In this document: piece by piece, positions 59,302 through 64,000 of the stretch | How the letters are laid out: each line of letters opens with the position of its first letter | How positions within the stretch are numbered: position 1 is the stretch's first letter | DNA from: Patescibacteria group bacterium | Lineage (GTDB): Bacteria; Patescibacteriota; Microgenomatia; UBA1400; CG1-02-47-37 | Assembly: GCA_038065055.1 (NCBI GenBank) | Contig: JBBTRT010000004.1 | Span: forward strand, 13,677 to 77,676 | DNA length: 64,000 nt | Reading direction: 5' to 3' | The notes under the pieces: generated by a model | The model's database searches: none | What the model was told of the DNA's origin: nothing | Seen by the model: only the letters and a program-made list of their open reading frames with translations | Position numbers and translations under genes: made by a program

Positions 59302-60546
59302 ATGAACTCAAAAAATATCCGTTTTCGCATCCTGCTTTGGTACAGCCTGACGATTTTTTTTGCCGCGGCGATTATTTTTTCCGGTTTTTATCTGGTTACC
59401 CGCCAAATTTTATTTGCCCAGGTGGATAAAGAATTAAATCTTCATGCTGTCAAATTGGCCGAAATCGCCTCGCGCCAGGGAATCAATCTTCACGAAGCCA
59501 TGCTCAAGCAGCAGCTTTACAATGAATTCAGCGATATTCCCGGGATGGCCGTAGTCTTGCTGGATAGTAACGCTAGTTTGGTCAGAAGTTCCTTTACCGC
59601 TAATAACCCCTATGACGCCTACAACTGGCTTTACCGGCAAGCGCGAAACAACAATCAAGCGGTATTTTTAAATCAAAATATTAACAATGTCCAACTCCGG
59701 TTTGTTGGCTTGTCGATTAATAGCGATGACAATTTTTTAGGCGTTGTCTTAGTCGCTCATCCGGTCGAAGCCATTCAAAAATCATTAAATGTACTCCTTA
59801 AAACATTAGGGATAATATTTGGATTTTTAATCATTCCGCTTGGTTTCTACTTTAACCGGCTTTTAGACCAGTTGCAGCAGGCTTTTAAGCGGGAGCGGCA
59901 GTTCATCGGCGATGTCGCCCACGAATTGAAAACGCCTGTGGCAATTTTAACCAGCGGTCTTGAGCTGGTTTTATCCAAAAAGCGGCCAATCGCTGAATAC
60001 CATCGTGTTTTAAAGGAATCGCTGATTGACGTTAACCGGCTTTCCCAAACTATTAAAAACATTCTTGATTTGGCTTGGTTAGAGTCTGAAAACGCCCGTT
60101 TGCCTCAAAGCCGTTTTAATTTATCTGATGCGTTGAATGAATTAGCAGAAATTGCGCAAAAATTAGCCGCGAAAAAAAATATCCGTTTAACTGCCGAAAT
60201 CGCCCCTGGAATTATTATTGCCGGATCCTCTGATAAAATTTTCCGGGCAATTTTAAATGTGACTGATAACGCGGTTAAATTTACTCCTTCAGGAAAATCA
60301 ATTTCTTTATCTCTAAAAAAACTCCGGGACCAGGCAGTAATTACTATTAAAGATACCGGTATTGGAATTCCCCAAACAGAATTGCCGCACATTTTTACCC
60401 GATTTTACCGGGGGGCGAAAACTGCCAAAACTTTGGGATCAGGCCTGGGTTTGGCGATCGCTAAGGGTATCATTAAAGCCCATCAAGGCGAAATTAATAT
60501 TACCAGCCAGGTAGGCAAAGGTACCTGTGCTACGATAAAATTATGA
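59302..60546 (+). CDS. Sensor histidine kinase
   Basis: Two TM. H-box HELKTPVA. N, G1 and G2 boxes (GSGLGLAI). Confidence 0.85.
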   Translation: MNSKNIRFRILLWYSLTIFFAAAIIFSGFYLVTRQILFAQVDKELNLHAVKLAEIASRQGINLHEAMLKQQLYNEFSDIPGMAVVLLDSNASLVRSSFTANNPYDAYNWLYRQARNNNQAVFLNQNINNVQLRFVGLSINSDDNFLGVVLVAHPVEAIQKSLNVLLKTLGIIFGFLIIPLGFYFNRLLDQLQQAFKRERQFIGDVAHELKTPVAILTSGLELVLSKKRPIAEYHRVLKESLIDVNRLSQTIKNILDLAWLESENARLPQSRFNLSDALNELAEIAQKLAAKKNIRLTAEIAPGIIIAGSSDKIFRAILNVTDNAVKFTPSGKSISLSLKKLRDQAVITIKDTGIGIPQTELPHIFTRFYRGAKTAKTLGSGLGLAIAKGIIKAHQGEINITSQVGKGTCATIKL

Positions 60547-60917
60547 AAATTAAGCCATTGAGTCCATTGGAGCAAGAAGCGATGAACATTGTTTGGAGCT
60601 TTAAACAATGTACGGTCAGAGATGTTTTAAGGAAACTAAAGAATAAAAACCTTGCCTACACGACCGTTTCCACAATTCTCACCCGCTTGTATGAAAAAGG
60701 GATGTTAGCTAAACTTGGGGAAGGCGCCGCCATTATCTATGAACCTAAAATAGAGAAAAAAGATTATGGCAAGTCAGTTGCCGGATCCTTCTTCGCCAAA
60801 TTTTTTCATTCCTTTGGCGATGCGGCCATTACTTCCTTTGCTGAATCGATAGAAGAGTTACCTAAAAAGAAAAAGAACTATTTTTTGAAACTTTTGAAAA
60901 AGCGCCATGAAAATTAA
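60543..60917 (+). CDS. BlaI/MecI/CopY-family transcriptional repressor
   Basis: wHTH EQEAMNIVWSFKQCTVRDVLRKL...YTTVSTILTRLYEKG. Confidence 0.7.
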   Translation: MKIKPLSPLEQEAMNIVWSFKQCTVRDVLRKLKNKNLAYTTVSTILTRLYEKGMLAKLGEGAAIIYEPKIEKKDYGKSVAGSFFAKFFHSFGDAAITSFAESIEELPKKKKNYFLKLLKKRHEN

Positions 60918-61761
60918 TTACTACTTATTGGGGTTTGCGGGCCTTTTTATATTTTTGGTATCGAGCCATTTTATTATTATTTTCAAATACTTTCAGATAC
61001 TTATTCATCATAGTATTTATTACTGCCTGGAAATGGCTAAGGCGTTGAATTTGCAACTGTCTGGAGATTTAGGGAGAGCCATAGTTGGGATTTTAGCGTT
61101 GGCGGCGCTTTTTACAGCAGTTAGAATATTTATCGCAATTTTCAAAGTGTATTCTTTTAGAAAATATCTCTCCGGAAATATTATTCAAACGAGAGGAAAC
61201 GTATCTTTTTTTAAACAACGCCAACCTCAGGCTTTCTGCTTTGGAATTCTTAAACCTAAAATTTATATTTCTAGCGGACTGGTGCGGCTGATGAGCAGTC
61301 AAGAGTTGGCAGTGATCTTGCGGCATGAAAAATATCACTTGGAGAAAAAAGATTCTCTTGTATTCCTGATGGCTTCTCTCATAGAATCATTATTCCCATT
61401 CTTTCCGGTGATTTCCGATTTCATCAGCGTTTATAGAACTGATAGAGAAGTGGAGGCAGACAAAATTGCTATTAGAAGCGCGGCCGATAAAAGATCGCTG
61501 GCTGAAATATTAAAAAAACTACTATTGTATGAACCAGCCCAATATCCAGCCTTTGTAGCGGGAATAATTTCTGAAAGTATGCTTGAAGCCCGTATCAACT
61601 CGCTGCTTATGGTTAAAACTACATATAAAAAAGTTCGCGGCAGAAATGTAGCTCTAAGTCTTGTCTCGCTCCTTGTTTTGGTAGGATTGATGGTTACTCC
61701 AATAAATGCGATAGAACTTCATGCCAATGGCCGCGATGCGGTTGTGATTTGCCCAATATAA
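60907..61761 (+). CDS. BlaR1-like M56 peptidase membrane protein (no sensor domain)
   Basis: HEKYH (HExxH) in the M56 context, four TM. The 284-aa length lacks a penicillin-binding sensor domain. Confidence 0.6.
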   Translation: MKINYYLLGFAGLFIFLVSSHFIIIFKYFQILIHHSIYYCLEMAKALNLQLSGDLGRAIVGILALAALFTAVRIFIAIFKVYSFRKYLSGNIIQTRGNVSFFKQRQPQAFCFGILKPKIYISSGLVRLMSSQELAVILRHEKYHLEKKDSLVFLMASLIESLFPFFPVISDFISVYRTDREVEADKIAIRSAADKRSLAEILKKLLLYEPAQYPAFVAGIISESMLEARINSLLMVKTTYKKVRGRNVALSLVSLLVLVGLMVTPINAIELHANGRDAVVICPI

Positions 61762-61792
61762 ATTTACCAGGTTGACAGCAGGTCACTTTTAC

Positions 61793-61809
61793 TACTACAC
61801 TATGTAGTA
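61793..61809. promoter_or_regulatory. Palindrome TACTACA-CTA-TGTAGTA (TACA/TGTA dyad) overlapping the dsbA -10 and start
   Basis: 7-3-7 inverted repeat ending 3 nt before the ATG at 61812. Resembles BlaI/CopY operators. Confidence 0.45.
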
Positions 61810-61811
61810 AT

Positions 61812-62543
61812 ATGACAAAAATTTTAGTTTTTCTTTTGTTAATTAGTTCATTTTTTCTCGGTTCTCTTTCTACGAAAGTCAGGCTACTCGAAAAAGGTGG
61901 CCTGACTGTTGATACTCAAGCCCAGGCCAATAACCAAGCGCCGGAAGCAGCTCAACCACAAGCTATAACCAAAGGTGTTGCTTTAGTTGACGACGATCCG
62001 GTATTAGGTGATAAAAATGCGCCAGTCACGATCATTGAATTTTCCGATTATGAATGCCCGTTTTGCAAACGCCATTTTGATCAAACATTGCCTCAGTTAG
62101 TAGAAAAATATGTGGATACAGGCAAGGTAAAAATAGTTTTTAGAGATTTTCCGCTATCGTTCCACGATCCGATGGCCACCAAGGAAGCCGTGGCTGCCAA
62201 CTGTGCACGGGAGCAAGGCGGAGATAAAAAATACTTTGAGTTTCATCATGAAATTTTCCAGCGGACCACCTCAAACGGCAATGGCCTTGATGATGCCAAA
62301 ATCAAGACGATTGCCTCAGATTTAAGTTTAAACGTTGCTAAATTTTCTACTTGTTTGTCAAATAAAGCCATGGAGGATGAAGTTAAAAAGGATATTGTTG
62401 ATGGAACAGCGGCTGGCGCTTCCGGCACGCCAACGTTTGTAATTGGCAAAACAACTGAAACCGGAGAGGTGAATGGGGATTTACTGGTTGGCGCCCAGCC
62501 GTTCGCGGCTTTTCAGGGGCTGATTGAACCGCTGCTCCAGTAG
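61812..62543 (+). CDS. DsbA/BdbD-like thiol:disulfide oxidoreductase
   Basis: Signal-anchor. Thioredoxin fold with CPFC active site (FSDYECPFCKRH). Confidence 0.8.
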   Translation: MTKILVFLLLISSFFLGSLSTKVRLLEKGGLTVDTQAQANNQAPEAAQPQAITKGVALVDDDPVLGDKNAPVTIIEFSDYECPFCKRHFDQTLPQLVEKYVDTGKVKIVFRDFPLSFHDPMATKEAVAANCAREQGGDKKYFEFHHEIFQRTTSNGNGLDDAKIKTIASDLSLNVAKFSTCLSNKAMEDEVKKDIVDGTAAGASGTPTFVIGKTTETGEVNGDLLVGAQPFAAFQGLIEPLLQ

Positions 62544-62549
62544 GCCGTC

Positions 62550-63062
62550 ATGATAAAATATTTAACCCTGTCAGTTTCCGTTTTTATGTTAGTGATTGCT
62601 TTTGCCGCTTGGTTGCCGAATTTCCACCTTATTACTAAAACTATGACATCTTCGACCATGACCTTGTGGCAAAAAACAAATTTGCTGACCAGCTTATTGG
62701 GTTCTTTGCAGACTAACTTTACCCCGCTGTCACGCAGTCTAACGATTATCAGCGCCGCGCTCACCGGGATACAAACCAGTTTGTTTATCTATTACTTGCG
62801 TCAATCGGTCAGAATCCAGCGGGAAATGGGCGTCTCTTTGGCTGGGGTAGCCACCAGTTTATTAGGAGTTGGCTGCGTGTCATGCGGTTCAGTCATGCTC
62901 ACCTCGCTGATTGGGTTTGGCGCGGCAACGACGGTGTTAGGAGCGTTGCCCTTTAGAGGACAGGAATTTGGTTTTGCGGGTATTGCTATCTTGTTATTCG
63001 CCATTAGTTTTACTCTTAAGAAAATAAATCAACCATATGTTTGTGAAGTTAAGAAAAAATAA
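62550..63062 (+). CDS. Membrane protein with intramembrane CxxC motif (candidate DsbA re-oxidation partner)
   Basis: Four or five TM. GVGCVSCGS within a TM helix. No confident family. Confidence 0.35.
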   Translation: MIKYLTLSVSVFMLVIAFAAWLPNFHLITKTMTSSTMTLWQKTNLLTSLLGSLQTNFTPLSRSLTIISAALTGIQTSLFIYYLRQSVRIQREMGVSLAGVATSLLGVGCVSCGSVMLTSLIGFGAATTVLGALPFRGQEFGFAGIAILLFAISFTLKKINQPYVCEVKKK

Positions 63063-63063
63063 T

Positions 63064-63666
63064 ATGGAATTTCCGGAAAATTGGAATCAACTTTCAAAAC
63101 ACGAACGCAAACAGTTCAAGCGGAATTATTATCGAAAACAGCAGATTTGGCAGAGCAGAAAAGCTCAGATCAAAAAATATGCTGTGATCGCATTAATTAT
63201 CCTATTCACTGGTGTTGGAGGTTATTGGCTCGTAAAAGAATTAACTAAACCACTGCCTGGTGAATTTGTGGCCTCGCTTGGCAATAAACACATTGCCAAT
63301 CTTACTGATACCCACGAACAATATAATTCCTTACCGCCAACTTCCGGTTCACACGTCGGCGGCAAAGCATCATGGGGGGTAAGCGATTCTCCGATTCCTG
63401 ACGAATTGCAGCTTCACAATCTTGAAGATGGCGGGGTGGTGGCGCAGTACAACTGCGTTGAAGCTCAGGTAGACTGTAGAAAGTTAATTGAAGACCTAAG
63501 CGCTTTAGTGAAGCAATACCCCGATAAAGTCCTCATGGCGCCATATCCTCGGTTAGATACCCAGATAGCGTTAACTGCCTGGACCCGGGTTGACAAGTTT
63601 AATGATTTTGATCCAGAAAGAATCCGAAAGTTTATTAAAGCATTTAAGGGTATAGACCATCATTAG
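63064..63666 (+). CDS. DUF3105-domain protein (membrane-anchored)
   Basis: Hallmark PPTSGSH motif of DUF3105. Start at the ATG after the previous stop. Confidence 0.6.
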   Translation: MEFPENWNQLSKHERKQFKRNYYRKQQIWQSRKAQIKKYAVIALIILFTGVGGYWLVKELTKPLPGEFVASLGNKHIANLTDTHEQYNSLPPTSGSHVGGKASWGVSDSPIPDELQLHNLEDGGVVAQYNCVEAQVDCRKLIEDLSALVKQYPDKVLMAPYPRLDTQIALTAWTRVDKFNDFDPERIRKFIKAFKGIDHH

Positions 63667-63687
63667 TGGAATAGCTATAATGTATTT

Positions 63688-64000
63688 ATGAAAAAAGAAT
63701 CGATTCTCTACGGTATTATTGGATTATTAGCTGGTAGCTTATTAACTTGGCAGATGATGGGCATCCGCCAGGGGATTGGTCCTTCATCTATTGACAATAA
63801 TCTCGATAGGCACTTTATCGAACAAATGATTCCCCACCACGAAGGCGCGATTGAGATGGCTAAACTGGCTCAAGAACGCTCAAAACGTCCTGAAATTCTG
63901 ACGCTGGCCCAGGCTATTATCCAAAGCCAATCCAAAGAAATTACTCTGATGCAAGCTTGGTACAAGAACTGGTACAAAGTAGAAGTGCCGGTTAATGCAA
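63688..64000 (+). CDS. DUF305-domain protein (ferritin-like, copper-resistance-associated), 3'-truncated at the window end
   Basis: DRHFIEQMIPHHEGAIEMA motif of DUF305. TATAAT 6 nt upstream of the ATG (leaderless). Confidence 0.6.
   Translation, partial: MKKESILYGIIGLLAGSLLTWQMMGIRQGIGPSSIDNNLDRHFIEQMIPHHEGAIEMAKLAQERSKRPEILTLAQAIIQSQSKEITLMQAWYKNWYKVEVPVNA

Overview
This 64-kb window is from a moderately AT-rich bacterial chromosome whose gene content fits a Candidate-Phyla-Radiation/Patescibacteria-like genome. Evidence is compact ribosomal proteins, no L30 between S5 and L15, zinc-ribbon forms of S14, L36 and L24, and many leaderless genes. The conserved core is rpoB-rpoC, a split str operon (rpsL-rpsG, then about 5 kb of accessory genes, then fusA-tuf), a complete S10-spc-alpha ribosomal cluster (rpsJ to rpsI, with secY, adk, infA, rpmJ, rpoA), then recA-recX-rny-hup. 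Accessory content is interleaved throughout. It includes two RHH/RelE-type TA pairs and a HicBA pair flanked by paralogous membrane proteins. It includes a multi-zinc-ribbon Vsr/DUF559 endonuclease, a three-gene minus-strand operon with a Cas4-like Fe-S PD-(D/E)XK nuclease, and a thermonuclease plus Fic next to tRNA-Pro. It also includes a duplicated ABC-2 transporter with an embedded TA pair and a GT-C-like membrane protein, a segmental duplication carrying pseudo-HAD-like genes and a RhuM/Bro-N gene, and an envelope thiol-redox/copper-type island (DUF1573, CcdA, OmpR-family two-component system, BlaI/CopY-M56, DsbA, DUF3105, DUF305). Non-coding signals are a recurrent TTGACA-N17-TATTAT promoter abutting the ATG (leaderless), a dispersed hairpin family TCACAC-N6-GTGTGA-TAGAG, operator-like palindromes at TA, XRE and dsbA promoters, and an 18-nt motif shared by the XRE and recA promoters.
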